A stretch of DNA of 64,000 bases from Thermoanaerobaculia bacterium (GCA_963781065.1 CAWAET010000020.1:37537-101536); one strand, 5' to 3'. Shown: positions 18,283 to 28,622, counted from the first letter of the stretch. The notes: generated by a model not told the origin, from the letters alone. A program made the numbers and translations.

Positions 18283-21194
18283 TACCCGGGGGCGCCGATG
18301 AGGCAGTAGGAGGCCCAGAAGAACGGGTGGGCATGGCGGCGACGCTGCGCCAGCTGGGCCTCGCGCAGGGCCACCACCGCCGGTCGATCGGCAAGCAGCG
18401 CGTAGAACTCGCCCAGAAACTGCCGGTGGGGCTCCGCCGCGTTGTGCCACAGGTCGATGACCAGCGAGCGGGCGCCGGCATAGAGCAGCCCGCGCGTCAG
18501 GCCCAGCAGGGCGTCGGCGTCGATGAGCGTGTCGAGGCCGGTGCTGCAGCCGGTGAGCATCACCAGGTCGGTCTCCAGCTCGAGGTTGTAGATGTCGAAC
18601 AGGGTCAGCCGCTCGCCGCCGAGCTCGAGCGCCGAGAACATCGGGTTGTCACGCCGGTAGTGAGCCCGCGTCGCCAGATGCAGCAGCCGCCGGCCGTGGG
18701 CCTCGCGCTCCAGCGCCGGCGCATCGAGGGCGCCGTCGAGCAGCAGACGGCTGCCGGGCAGCGCCGCGGCTACCGCGCGCGCCTCCCGCTCGGCCTCGGT
18801 CGGAACGCCGTCCTCGCCGGCCGGCACGCCGACCACCAGTGCCGGGCCGCCGCCGGCGGGCGGCTTGAGACGGCAGAGGTGGGCGACGCTGGCGCTGGGC
18901 GCGAGGGTCATCCGAAAGCGGTCGATCATGAAGTCGGTGCCGTCGAACAGGGCCTGGAAGGGCAGATGGTGGAGGAACCCATGGGGCACCACCAGCAGCT
19001 CGTCGTAGCGCAGCAGCCGCGGCCAGATCGGCGAGATCAGCTCGTCGAACAGCGCCGCCAGATGGTCCCGCGTGTCGCTGTCGACCGAGCCGCGGTGCAG
19101 GTCCGCGAACTCCGGCCCGAGCTGGAATCGCGACAGCTGGAACTGCAGCATGCGGTGCTGCTCGCGCGCCCGCGAGGCCATGGTCAGGGGCAGCATCTCG
19201 ACCGAGTCGGCGGCGATCACCGCCGCGTAGACGGCGCCGCGGGCGAAGAAGTACTCGACGATCGCCGTGTCGCCGGGCAGCGCCGCCTGGATCTCCTCGA
19301 GTGAGACCACGGTGGCCGACTGCAGCGAAGCCAGCTCGCGGTCGGTCGTCGCCAGCTCGTCGAGGGTGCGCGCCAGCTGCCGCTCCTTGCCGCGGCTGCG
19401 GCGGCGCATCTCGTCCAGGTGGCCGAGCGACTCCTCGCCGCGCGTCATCTGCCGCAGATCGATCTGACGGTAGTACCAGTTGAGCTCCTCGCGCAGCGTC
19501 CGGATGCTCTCCACCAGATTGCTGCGGGTGGCGGTCTTGGGCGGCAGCACGTGGGCCCTGAAGGCCATCAGGTCGGCCAGGCTGCGGGCCTTGGATTTCT
19601 CCATCGCCGCAAAGACCTCGGGGTGGTCTTCATCGCTCGGGACGTTCTGCAGGGCCAGCGCCACCAGCGCCTCGTAGACCCGCAGCTTGCTGGAGAAGAA
19701 GCCGAACTTGAGGTCGTCGGTCTGCAGGTGGCTGCGCAGGTGCTCGGCCTGCTCGCGGGCGTCACGGTAGGCGGCCAGCGCCTCCCGCCGCCGCTGGCCG
19801 GTCTCGAAGACCATGCCCAGCTGTAGCAGGGTCTCGAAGTGGAGCGACGAAGAGGGGTGCCGCTCGAGGTGCGCCAGCGCCGAGCGGCAGAGCCGTTCGG
19901 CCTCCTCGAGCTGGTCCTCGTCGAGGGCGATGCGCGCCATCAGCAGCTCGCAGGCGGCGGTCTTCGCCGGCAGGCCGAGGCGCTCGAAGCTCGCCGCCGA
20001 GCGCCGGGTGAGCGACGACGCCTCGTAGCTGCGGCCCTCGCGGTAGAGCAGCACCGCTTCGTAGAGGTCGATCTGTGCCGGCCAGACCTCGTTGGCCTCC
20101 TCGGCGAACAGGGCGCGGGCCTGGGCCAGGGCCTCGAGCGCCTTGAAGATGCGGCCCTGGCGGCTGATCGCCACGCCCAGGTTGGCCACCGCGCGGGCCG
20201 CCTCGTAGCGCACTCCGAGCCGATCGAAGGCCTTCCACGCCCAGTTGGCCAGCTCGGCCGCCTCTTCCACCATGTTGAGCTCGAGGAAGATCTCCGACAG
20301 GTCGAGGTCGCACAGCGCCTGGTGGCGCTCGTCGCCGGCCTCTTCGAACCGTTTCCGGCAGTCCCGGTAGAGGCGGATCGCGCGCGCGTAGTCGGCGGTG
20401 TGGTAGTGGAGATAGGCGATGTTGTAGTCGTTCTCGAGCCCCAGCCGGCCGAGGCCCTGCTCGTCGATCAGCCGTTTGGCTTCCAGGTAGCAGTCGAGCG
20501 CCTGCCGGGTGTGCGACAGGCTGATGTGGCAGGCGGCCATGTTGCGCAGGCAGATGGCGGCGTCGTGATCGCGGCCCGCGGCCCGGAACTCGACCAGGGC
20601 GCTTTCGTAGCGGTTCATCGCCTCCTGCCAGAGGTCCTGGCGGTGCAGCACGGTGCCGAAGTTGACCTCGAGCCGCGCCAGCCGCAGCCGGTCCCCCAGG
20701 CTCTCGAAGATCTGTCGTGCCGACTCGTGCCAGCGGTGGGCGCGCTCGTAGCCGCCGACGTCGATCAGGTTGTGCAGGGCGCTCGACAGCGTGATCGCCT
20801 CCTGCAGCCGGTCGCCGATCTGCCGGAAACGGCCGCGAGCGCTCTCGTAGGTCGTCTGGGCGTCGCCGTAGTCTCCCTTCTCGTGCCGCGTGTTGGCGGC
20901 GGCGCGCTCGGCGAGGCCGAGCGCGCGCTCGTCGCCGAGCCGCCCGGCCAGCCAGAGCGCCGCCTCGGCCAGCTCGGCGGCCCGCTCGAGGTCGTTGTCG
21001 AGCGCACTGCCGGCCAGCTTGCACAAGCGCGACACCGTCTCCGGCCGGCCCAGTCCGGCGTGGCGGTCCAGGTAGGGCGGCCGGTCGTCCGCCGGCAGCC
21101 GGCTGAACTCCTCGACGAGCCGGTCGGAGACGTCCGGGCCGGCGCTCAGGCCAGACCCTGCTTCTCGAGGCTTTTCTGGAGGCGTTTGAGACAC
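18282..21194 (-). CDS. TPR-repeat + CHAT-domain (caspase-like protease) protein
   Basis: The long N-terminal region has repeated TPR-like helices. The C-terminal CHAT region is VVPHGFLHHLPFQAL ... LLHLATRAHYRRDNPMFSALELGGERLTLFDIYNLELETDLVMLTGCSTG ... HPFFWASYCLIG. There is no ATG near the 5' end. A GTG at 21194 is proposed (overlapping the sigma gene by 49 nt), so the start is uncertain. Confidence 0.75.
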   Translation of the reverse strand: MSQTPPEKPREAGSGLSAGPDVSDRLVEEFSRLPADDRPPYLDRHAGLGRPETVSRLCKLAGSALDNDLERAAELAEAALWLAGRLGDERALGLAERAAANTRHEKGDYGDAQTTYESARGRFRQIGDRLQEAITLSSALHNLIDVGGYERAHRWHESARQIFESLGDRLRLARLEVNFGTVLHRQDLWQEAMNRYESALVEFRAAGRDHDAAICLRNMAACHISLSHTRQALDCYLEAKRLIDEQGLGRLGLENDYNIAYLHYHTADYARAIRLYRDCRKRFEEAGDERHQALCDLDLSEIFLELNMVEEAAELANWAWKAFDRLGVRYEAARAVANLGVAISRQGRIFKALEALAQARALFAEEANEVWPAQIDLYEAVLLYREGRSYEASSLTRRSAASFERLGLPAKTAACELLMARIALDEDQLEEAERLCRSALAHLERHPSSSLHFETLLQLGMVFETGQRRREALAAYRDAREQAEHLRSHLQTDDLKFGFFSSKLRVYEALVALALQNVPSDEDHPEVFAAMEKSKARSLADLMAFRAHVLPPKTATRSNLVESIRTLREELNWYYRQIDLRQMTRGEESLGHLDEMRRRSRGKERQLARTLDELATTDRELASLQSATVVSLEEIQAALPGDTAIVEYFFARGAVYAAVIAADSVEMLPLTMASRAREQHRMLQFQLSRFQLGPEFADLHRGSVDSDTRDHLAALFDELISPIWPRLLRYDELLVVPHGFLHHLPFQALFDGTDFMIDRFRMTLAPSASVAHLCRLKPPAGGGPALVVGVPAGEDGVPTEAEREARAVAAALPGSRLLLDGALDAPALEREAHGRRLLHLATRAHYRRDNPMFSALELGGERLTLFDIYNLELETDLVMLTGCSTGLDTLIDADALLGLTRGLLYAGARSLVIDLWHNAAEPHRQFLGEFYALLADRPAVVALREAQLAQRRRHAHPFFWASYCLIGAPG

Positions 21195-21760
21195 CGGCCC
21201 CTGATGAACCCGATCGACCCGATGGCCAGCCCGAGTTGCTGCGCCACCTCCCGATAGCGTAGCGGAGGTTGACTGTAGAAGAGCAGCTGGATCAGCTCCC
21301 GGCAGCGCTCGGGCAGGGTGAAGATCGCTTCGCGGACCATCTGGTCGCGCTCCATCTCGTCGAGCGAGACGGGCTCGACGGCGAGCCGGTCGTCGGATTC
21401 GAGGTTGGCGATCCCCGATCGGCGGATCGCCTCCCGCTGGTGCTGCTGGCGCCAGTGATAGCACTTGTGGCGCGTCACCGAGATCAGCCACGAGCGCACC
21501 GAGCCCTGCTTGCGCAGGCTGTCGAGCTGCTTGTAGACGTCGACCCATACCGTCTGGAACAGGTCGGCGGCTTCGTCGGGCGGCGCGCCGTACTTGATCG
21601 CGATCGAATAGACCAGGCTCTTGTACTTCTCGACCAGGATGCTCCAGGCGCGCTCGTCGCCGCTCAGGCAGGCACCCACCAGCCGCTGGTCGGACCAGCC
21701 GAGTTGCGGGCCGCCGGCCGACTGGCCGGGGTCGCCGAGGTCCGAAGGGGCGGCGCTCAC
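21146..21760 (-). CDS. ECF-type RNA polymerase sigma factor (sigma-70 family)
   Basis: Region 2 is AWSILVEKYKSLVYSIAIKY...DLFQTVWVDVYKQL. Region 4 is LPERCRELIQLLFYSQPPLRYREVAQQLGLAIGSIGFIRGRCLKRL. There is no in-frame ATG. The GTG at 21760 overlaps the solute-binding-protein stop (GTGA). Confidence 0.8.
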   Translation of the reverse strand: MSAAPSDLGDPGQSAGGPQLGWSDQRLVGACLSGDERAWSILVEKYKSLVYSIAIKYGAPPDEAADLFQTVWVDVYKQLDSLRKQGSVRSWLISVTRHKCYHWRQQHQREAIRRSGIANLESDDRLAVEPVSLDEMERDQMVREAIFTLPERCRELIQLLFYSQPPLRYREVAQQLGLAIGSIGFIRGRCLKRLQKSLEKQGLA

Positions 21761-23514
21761 GTCACCGGCTCCTGCCAGAAGAGCTCGTCCGCGTTCCACA
21801 GCGTGTAGGGCGCCATGACGGCGGGGCGGAAGTTGCCCAGCGTCCGTTTGGCGCCCGCCAGCACGTGCGGGCTGACCAGGAAGACGAGCGGCGCGTTCTC
21901 GGCCATGATGACCTGGACCCGGTCGAACAGGCGCTTGCGCTCGGCCCGGTCCATGACCGTGATCTGGCGGCGCATCAGGTCGTCGATCTCCGCCTCCCAG
22001 GCGGTGGCCGGCTCGGGCTCGCCCAGCCGCCAGAAATGCAGGCTGCCGCTCGACAGCAGAGTGGCGATCTGCGGATTGGGATCGGGGTCGCCGCCGCCCA
22101 GCTCCATCAGGCACACGTCGTAGTCCTTGCTGACGAGCAGCCGTTGGACGACAGCCCGGTGCTCCAGCGTCACCACCGAGACCTCGATGCCCAGCTGGCG
22201 CAGGTCCTCCTGGATCAGCGTCGCCGCCTGCACCCGCTGGCTGTTGCTGACGCTGGTGATGATCGAGAACTCCACCGGCTCGCCCGCCGGGTCGACCAGC
22301 CCCTCGTCGCGCCAGGCGAATCCGGCCTCCGCCAGCAGCCGGCGCGAGCGCTCGAGCGACCGCTCGGGCCGCGGCACGCGATCGTTGAACCAGTACTCGT
22401 AGCCCGGGCTGACGTTCGACCACAGCGGCGTGGCCCGATTGCGGTAGGCCAGGCGCGCGATCGCCTGCCGATCCACCGCCGCCGAGACGGCCTGGCGGAA
22501 CGGCTGCTGGCGGAACCAGCCCAGGCGGCGCTCGAGCCCGGCCGGCCCGTCGCCCGCGGCCGGGTTCTGGTTGAAGACCAGAAAGACGTAGTTGAGCCCG
22601 GCGCCCAGGTCCCGCACCTCGTACGGCGCCCGCTCGCCGCCGCGCTCGAGCTCGTTGAAGTTGCTCGGGCTGATGTTCTCGATGAGGTCGGTCTCGCCGG
22701 CCTTGAAGCGGATCACCTGGGCGTCCTCGCTGGCGACGAACAGCATCACCAGCTCGTCGAGATAGGGCAGCCGGCCGCCGCGCTCGTCGAGCTTCCAGTA
22801 GTGCGGGTTGCGTTCCAGCACCAGCCGTTCGCCCGACCGGTACTCGCGCAGGCGGAAGGCGCCGAGGCCGGAGATCTCGGCCGGCGCGGTCGCCGGCCCC
22901 CAGGTCTCCGCCAGCCGGCCCTGCTCGTAGGCCTCGGCCAGCAGGTGCCGCGGCAGGATCGCCAGGCCGTCGAAGATGCGCAGGCCGACCGCGACGGTCT
23001 CGGCGAACCGGAACTCCACCGTGTGCGAGTCGATCTTGCGCGGCTCGATCGGTTCGCCGCCGACCAGCAGCAGGTCGCGGCCGGGGTAGCCCACTTTCTC
23101 GTCGAGGTAGACGCGGAAGCTGAAGAGGACGTCGTCGGCGTCGAACGGCGCGCCGTCCGAGAACTTGACGTCGCGGCGCAGGTCCAGCCGGTAGGTCAGG
23201 CCGTCCTCGGAGATCTCCCACGAGCGGGCCAGCGCCGGCTCGACCTGCTGGGTCGAGCGGTTGATGTGCAGCAGATCGGCCATCAAGCGATGCACGACCA
23301 GCTGTGAAGGCGCGTCGACCGCGGTGATCGGGTTGAGGGTCTGCGGCTCGCCTCGCAGCGCCGTCACCAGCCGGCCGCCCGGGCGGGGCGTGGCGTCGAG
23401 CTCGACCGCGGGACCCGCCGCCGGGCGCTCGGAGCAGGCCGCGAGGAGGACCGTCGCCAGCACCCATGCCGGCGGGCGGAGCTTTGTTGGGTTTATATGC
23501 GAGCCCATTCTCAT
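21757..23514 (-). CDS. ABC-transporter family-5 solute-binding lipoprotein (peptide/nickel type), orphan
   Basis: Lipobox VLLAAC. The protein is DppA/OppA-like throughout (RLVTALRGEPQTLNP..., ...GAFRLREYRSGERLVLERNPHYW...). An ATG at 23514 or a TTG at 23523 could be the start. No permease or ATPase genes are adjacent. Confidence 0.8.
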   Translation of the reverse strand: MRMGSHINPTKLRPPAWVLATVLLAACSERPAAGPAVELDATPRPGGRLVTALRGEPQTLNPITAVDAPSQLVVHRLMADLLHINRSTQQVEPALARSWEISEDGLTYRLDLRRDVKFSDGAPFDADDVLFSFRVYLDEKVGYPGRDLLLVGGEPIEPRKIDSHTVEFRFAETVAVGLRIFDGLAILPRHLLAEAYEQGRLAETWGPATAPAEISGLGAFRLREYRSGERLVLERNPHYWKLDERGGRLPYLDELVMLFVASEDAQVIRFKAGETDLIENISPSNFNELERGGERAPYEVRDLGAGLNYVFLVFNQNPAAGDGPAGLERRLGWFRQQPFRQAVSAAVDRQAIARLAYRNRATPLWSNVSPGYEYWFNDRVPRPERSLERSRRLLAEAGFAWRDEGLVDPAGEPVEFSIITSVSNSQRVQAATLIQEDLRQLGIEVSVVTLEHRAVVQRLLVSKDYDVCLMELGGGDPDPNPQIATLLSSGSLHFWRLGEPEPATAWEAEIDDLMRRQITVMDRAERKRLFDRVQVIMAENAPLVFLVSPHVLAGAKRTLGNFRPAVMAPYTLWNADELFWQEPVT

Positions 23515-23598
23515 CTTTGACAATCCCAGGGATGAGCCGAGCGAGTCTACTCAACGCCGGGCGCCAAGGGAAATCGGCGAAAGCGGTAGAGTCGGCCG

Positions 23599-24915
23599 AT
23601 GGGACTGGCCGAGGACCTCAACCGCGACCTGGGCGACGAGGCGCCGGCGCTGGCGGCGGCACTGTCCGGGCTCGGCATCGCGGCGGCGTTCCCGCGCGAC
23701 ATTCCGCATCAGTCGGCCGAGGCGCGCGGCAAGCGGATCAACGCGACGATCGGCCAGGTCACCGACGGCGCCGGGGCGCCGCTGGCGCCGGCGTCGCTGC
23801 GCGCTGTCTTCGGCGGCCTGGCGCCGGCGGAGGCCGACCGGGCCATCCTCTACTCGCCGGTCGAGGGCCTCGCCGAGCTGCGCCGGCTGTGGCGCGAGCG
23901 GCTCGCGGTCGCCGCCACCACCCCGTTCACCCTGCCGCAGGTCACCGTCGGGCTGACCCACGGCCTGTCGCTGGTGGCCGATCTGTTCGCCGGCCCGGAC
24001 CGGCCGGTGGCGGTGGCGACGCCCTTCTGGGGCAACTACCGCCAGACCTTCGCCCTGCGGCGCGGCGCGCGGCTGCTGACCGGGCCGGCCTACCGCGACG
24101 GCCGCTTCAACCCCCACGCCATCGCCGAAGCGCTGGCCGGCGAGGAGCCCGGCCGGCCGGCGGTGGCGATCCTCAACTTCCCCTCCAACCCGGGCGGCTA
24201 CAGCCCGACCGCCGACGAGCGGCGGCAGCTGGTGGCGACCCTGCTGGAGGAGGCGGACCGCCGGCCGCTGGTGGTCATCCTCGACGATGCCTACGCCGGG
24301 CTGGTCTACGAGGAGGGCCTGCCTGCCGGCTCGCTGTTCTGGGAGCTGGCGGGACGGCACCCGAGCCTGGCGCCGATCAAGGTCGACGGCGCCACCAAGG
24401 AGATCAGCTTCTTTGGCGGCCGGGTGGGCTTTCTCACCTTCGCCCTGCCGCCCGAGGGGCGGGCGGCGGCGGCGCTGGAGAGCAAGCTCAAGTGCCTGCT
24501 GCGGGCGACGGTGGGCTCGCCGCCCGCGGTCTCCCAGGTGGCGCTGATCCGGGCGCTGGGCGAGGCGGCGACCGCGGGCCAGCTGGGCGATATCCGGCAG
24601 CGGCTGGCGGCGCGTTACCGGGTCCTGGCCGCCGCCCTGGCCGGAGTCGACCGCGAGCTGCTGGCGCCGCTGCCGTTCAACTCCGGCTGCTTCGCCCTGG
24701 TCGAGCTCAACGCGGCCCTGGGCCTCGAGGCCGAGGCGGTGCGGCGCGAGCTGCTGGACCGCCACGACACCGGCCTGATCGCCATCGCCCCGCGCTACCT
24801 GCGGATCGCCTTCTGCTCGGTTCGCCGGGCGGCCCTGCCGGTGCTGGTCGAGCGGCTGGAGACGGCCGTTCGCGACCTCGCCGGCCGGCCCGCGGCGGCT
24901 ACACCAGACCCTTGA
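23599..24915 (+). CDS. class I/II pyridoxal-phosphate aminotransferase
   Basis: 438 aa with an ATG start. Motifs NFPSNPGGY and the Lys region [21 protein letters not shown]. Confidence 0.75.
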   Translation: MGLAEDLNRDLGDEAPALAAALSGLGIAAAFPRDIPHQSAEARGKRINATIGQVTDGAGAPLAPASLRAVFGGLAPAEADRAILYSPVEGLAELRRLWRERLAVAATTPFTLPQVTVGLTHGLSLVADLFAGPDRPVAVATPFWGNYRQTFALRRGARLLTGPAYRDGRFNPHAIAEALAGEEPGRPAVAILNFPSNPGGYSPTADERRQLVATLLEEADRRPLVVILDDAYAGLVYEEGLPAGSLFWELAGRHPSLAPIKVDGATKEISFFGGRVGFLTFALPPEGRAAAALESKLKCLLRATVGSPPAVSQVALIRALGEAATAGQLGDIRQRLAARYRVLAAALAGVDRELLAPLPFNSGCFALVELNAALGLEAEAVRRELLDRHDTGLIAIAPRYLRIAFCSVRRAALPVLVERLETAVRDLAGRPAAATPDP

Positions 24916-25684
24916 AGTAGCCGCCGTCGACGACGATCGCCTGGCCGGTGATGTAGGAGGCTTCGGGCGAGGCGAGGAAGGCGACGGTGTCGCCGATCTC
25001 GCGCGGCTCCGCCAGCCGGCGCATGGCGGCGCCCGAGCCCTGCTCGGCCATGATCTCGGTGGCGTTCTTGCCGGTGCGCTCGGCCATGGCGACGGCCAGC
25101 TCCTCCAGCCGCTCGGTGCGGGTGTAGCCCGGCAGGACCGAGTTGACGGTGATGCCCTCGGTGGCGACCTCCTGCGACAGGGTCTTGAGATAGCCCAGTA
25201 CCGCCGGCCGCAGGGCGTTCGACAGCGCCAGACCGGGGATCGGCTGCCGCGCCGAGACCGAGTTGATCGCCACGATCCGGCCCCAGCCGCGCCGCCGCAT
25301 CCCCGGCAGGACGAGCTGGCAGAGCCGCGGCACGAACAGCAGGGCCAGGGGGATCGCCTCCTGCCAGTCGACCTCGTCGAGCTCCATCGCCGGCTTGGCC
25401 CGCGGGCCGCCGCCGTTGGCGACCAGGATGTCGATCGGCCCGAGCTGTTCCTCGACGCTCGACACCAGGTCCTCGAGCTCCTCCAGGCGGCGGACGTCGG
25501 CGGCGACGGCGATCACCTCGGCGCCGGTCTCGGCGAGGCGGCGCTCCGCCGCCGCCAGCTTGTCGCCGCCGCGGCTGCTGACGGCCAGCTTGGCGCCGCG
25601 CAGGGCCAGCGCCGTGGCCGCCGCCAGGCCGAGGCCCGAGCTCGAGCCGGTGACCAGGGCCACCCGGCCGGCGAGATCGTTCAT
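24899..25684 (-). CDS. SDR-family oxidoreductase (3-oxoacyl-ACP reductase-like)
   Basis: Internal ATG at 25684 overlaps the upstream stop (ATGA). Cofactor motif [10 protein letters not shown]; also [10 protein letters not shown] and [11 protein letters not shown]. Confidence 0.85.
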   Translation of the reverse strand: MNDLAGRVALVTGSSSGLGLAAATALALRGAKLAVSSRGGDKLAAAERRLAETGAEVIAVAADVRRLEELEDLVSSVEEQLGPIDILVANGGGPRAKPAMELDEVDWQEAIPLALLFVPRLCQLVLPGMRRRGWGRIVAINSVSARQPIPGLALSNALRPAVLGYLKTLSQEVATEGITVNSVLPGYTRTERLEELAVAMAERTGKNATEIMAEQGSGAAMRRLAEPREIGDTVAFLASPEASYITGQAIVVDGGYFKGLV

Positions 25685-26556
25685 TCGCCCTCCTCCCGGT
25701 CGTCGTAGTCGTAGACCCCGCGGCCGGTCTTGCGGCCCAGCCGGCCGGCCTGGACGTACTGCACCAGCAGCTGGCTCGGCCGGTAGAGGTCGCCGAGGGT
25801 CGCGTGCAGGTGGCGCAGCACGCCGAGGCGGACGTCGAGGCCCACCAGATCGACCATCTCGAACGGGCCCATCGGGTGGTTGAGGCCCAGCTTGAGGGCC
25901 TTGTCGATGTCGGCCGCGGTGGCGACGCCGCTCTCCAGCATGCGGAACGCCTCGTTGCCGATCAGGGCGTTGATCCGCGAGGTGACGAAGCCGGGCGACT
26001 CGTTGACCACCACGCACTGCTTGCCCATCCGCTCGCCTACCGCGGTCAGCCGCGCCACCGTTTCATCAGAGGTCTCGAGCCCGCGCACCAGCTCGATCAG
26101 CCGCATGACGTGCACCGGATTGAAGAAGTGCATACCGGCGAAGCGCCGCGGCCGGCCGCTGATCGCCGCCATCTCGGTGATCGACAGCCCCGAGGTGTTG
26201 CTCGCCACGAGCGCCTCGGCGGGCGCCGCCGCTTCGACCTGGCGCAGGGTCTCGACCTTGATCGCCATCGACTCGGGCACCGCCTCGATGACCAGGTCGG
26301 CGTCCGCGACCGCCGCTGCCAGATCGGTGCCGGTGGCGAGCGACCGCTGGGCGCGCTCGGCGGCGACGGCCGCCACCTTGCCCAGCTCGACCCCCTTGGC
26401 CAGGTTGCGCTCGATCGACTCCCGGGCGCGCTCGAGGGCCCCGGCGTCTACGTCGTAGAGGTGGGTCGCGAAGCCGCCCAGCGCCGCGACGTGGGCGATG
26501 CCTCGCCCCATGGTGCCGGCGCCGAGGACGGCGACGACCTCGATCGGGTGACTCAT
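25681..26556 (-). CDS. 3-hydroxyacyl-CoA / 3-hydroxybutyryl-CoA dehydrogenase
   Basis: Internal ATG at 26556 ([21 protein letters not shown]). Also [24 protein letters not shown] and GFVTSR. Confidence 0.9.
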   Translation of the reverse strand: MSHPIEVVAVLGAGTMGRGIAHVAALGGFATHLYDVDAGALERARESIERNLAKGVELGKVAAVAAERAQRSLATGTDLAAAVADADLVIEAVPESMAIKVETLRQVEAAAPAEALVASNTSGLSITEMAAISGRPRRFAGMHFFNPVHVMRLIELVRGLETSDETVARLTAVGERMGKQCVVVNESPGFVTSRINALIGNEAFRMLESGVATAADIDKALKLGLNHPMGPFEMVDLVGLDVRLGVLRHLHATLGDLYRPSQLLVQYVQAGRLGRKTGRGVYDYDDREEGE

Positions 26557-26624
26557 GACGACCGCCTTGCTGGCATCTCGATCTCGCTCCTGGGGTTCAG
26601 CGGGCAATGGTAGCGCGCCGCCGC

Positions 26625-27698
26625 TCAGCCGGTCCCCGCCGGCGGCCGGCTCGCGGCCCCGGCATCGCCCACGGTCAGCACGATCTTGCCGAACTGCTCG
26701 CGGCGGCTGAGCGCCTCCTGCGCCGCGCCGGCCTGCTCGAGCGGCAGCGTCCGGTCGACCACCGGGCGCAGCTCGCCGCTCTCGAAATACGCCGCCAGCC
26801 GGCGCAGGTCGCCCTGGCTGCCCATGGTCGAGCCGAGGATCGACTGGCTCTTGAAGAAGAGCGCCCGCAGGTTGATCCGCGCCGCGGGGGCCGCGGTGGC
26901 GCCGCAGAGCACGATCCGCCCGGCCCAGGCCAGCAGTCGCAGGCTGCGCTCGAAGTGCTCGCCGCCGACGTGGTCGAAGATCACCTCGACCCCCTTGCGG
27001 CCGACGATCTTGCGGGTCTCGGCGACGAAGTCGGTGTCGCGGTAGTTGATCGTGTGGGTGGCGCCCAGCTCGCGCGCCCGTTCGAGCTTGGCGTCGGCGC
27101 CGGCGGTGGCGATGATCCGCCGGGCGCCGAGCAGCCGGGCGATCTGGATGCCGGCGCTGGAGACGCCGGAGCCGGCGGCGTGGATCAGCGTGTCCTCGTG
27201 CGGCCGCAGCCGCGCCCGGCGGGCGAGCATCTGCCAGGCGGTGAGGAAGACCAGCGGCGTCGCCGCCGCCTCGACATAGGAGAGTCCGGCCGGCAGGGGC
27301 AGGATGTTGCGCGCCGGCACGGCGACGAGCTCGGCGTAGCCGCCGTCGCGATGCTCGCCCAGGATGCCGTAGGCGGGGCAGAGCATGTCGCGCCCCGAGA
27401 CACAGCTCTCGCAGCGGCCGCAGGAGACCCCCGGGGCCACCAGGGCCGGCACGCCCGGCTCGATGCCGGTCACCGCCTCGCCCACCGCCGCCACGTCGCC
27501 GGCCACCTCGCTGCCGGGGATCAGAGGCAGCGGGAAGCTGTGCCCCTCGACGCCGTCGCGCACCCAAAGGTCGAGGCGGTTGAGGGCGCAGGCGCGCACC
27601 CGAACCAGCACCTCGTCGGCGCGCGGCTCGGGGTCCGGCAGCTCCCGCCACTCGAGCGCCTCGGGGCCGCCGTGGCGGCGGATCTGGAAGGCACGCAC
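26625..27698 (-). CDS. zinc-type alcohol dehydrogenase / quinone oxidoreductase family protein
   Basis: Pattern (V)RAFQIRRHGGPEALEW...VLVRVRACALNRLD...GSEVAGDVAAVG...CGRCESC. A GTG at 27698 or a GTG at 27731 could be the start. Confidence 0.8.
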   Translation of the reverse strand: MRAFQIRRHGGPEALEWRELPDPEPRADEVLVRVRACALNRLDLWVRDGVEGHSFPLPLIPGSEVAGDVAAVGEAVTGIEPGVPALVAPGVSCGRCESCVSGRDMLCPAYGILGEHRDGGYAELVAVPARNILPLPAGLSYVEAAATPLVFLTAWQMLARRARLRPHEDTLIHAAGSGVSSAGIQIARLLGARRIIATAGADAKLERARELGATHTINYRDTDFVAETRKIVGRKGVEVIFDHVGGEHFERSLRLLAWAGRIVLCGATAAPAARINLRALFFKSQSILGSTMGSQGDLRRLAAYFESGELRPVVDRTLPLEQAGAAQEALSRREQFGKIVLTVGDAGAASRPPAGTG

Positions 27699-27785
27699 GG
27701 CGCGGATTCTACCTTTGCCCAGGGCCGGCACCGGGCCGCGAGCCCGCCCGGGGCTCGCGCTGGCCCGTCGGCGGTAGACTGAGGC

Positions 27786-28622
27786 GTGCGCCGCTCCCCG
27801 TCCGCCAGGCCAGCTTGCCGCCCCCTGCCGTGGCTCGCCCTGACGCTGTTCGTCGGGGCCGCCATGGCGGGCGCCGCCGAGGCGCCCTACCTGCTTGCCA
27901 TCGAAGGCCCGCCGGTTAGCGTGCGCTACTCACCGGGGTCGCTCGACCGGGCCGACCAGGTGCAGCGGCGCCTCGTCAGGCTGGTCGCCGAGACCGGTCA
28001 CCGCAACCTGCGCCAGCCGGTGCTGCTGGTGGAGCTGTTGCGGGCCGAGGAATGGCGCGGGAGCGGCCTGGCCGAGCCCTACGGGATGCCGGCGATCGGC
28101 GGCGGGGGCACTCTGGCCCTGCCGGCCTGGGGCGATCCCGAGACCGTCGCCCTGTGGCGCGGGCTGCTCGACGGCTGGCTGCCGTCGGCGCCCGGCACGC
28201 CGCTAAGGGGCAGCAGCGAGGAGGCGGCCAGCCTCGCCGGCGCCGACCTCGTCGGCGAGGTCGAGGCCGGCCGCATCGTGCTCTCCCGGTTGGGCCTGAC
28301 CGGCGGCGAGCCCTGGGTCGACGACCTGTTGGCCTGCGCCCTGGCGGTCACCGCCCTGCAGCGCAACGAGCCGGGGCGCTGGGCCGAGGTGCGGCAGATC
28401 CACGCCGCGCTGGCCGCGCGGCCCGAGGCGGCAAGGGACGAGCGGTTCCGCCGGCTGCGCTTCGTCGCCGCGGCCGATCGGCTGGGCAGGGAGACCGGCA
28501 AATTGCCCTTCCGGCCGCTGCTCAAGATGGCGACCAAGAAGAAGGTCCCGCTGACCGCCGCGAGGCTGCTCGAGCGTTACCCGTGGCTGGCGGAGTGGGC
28601 GGCCGGCAATCCGGCGGATTGA
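27786..28622 (+). CDS. hypothetical secreted protein
   Basis: 278-aa ORF with a signal-like N-terminus (LPWLALTLFVGAAMAGAAEA). I recognise no family. Confidence 0.45.
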   Translation: MRRSPSARPACRPLPWLALTLFVGAAMAGAAEAPYLLAIEGPPVSVRYSPGSLDRADQVQRRLVRLVAETGHRNLRQPVLLVELLRAEEWRGSGLAEPYGMPAIGGGGTLALPAWGDPETVALWRGLLDGWLPSAPGTPLRGSSEEAASLAGADLVGEVEAGRIVLSRLGLTGGEPWVDDLLACALAVTALQRNEPGRWAEVRQIHAALAARPEAARDERFRRLRFVAAADRLGRETGKLPFRPLLKMATKKKVPLTAARLLERYPWLAEWAAGNPAD

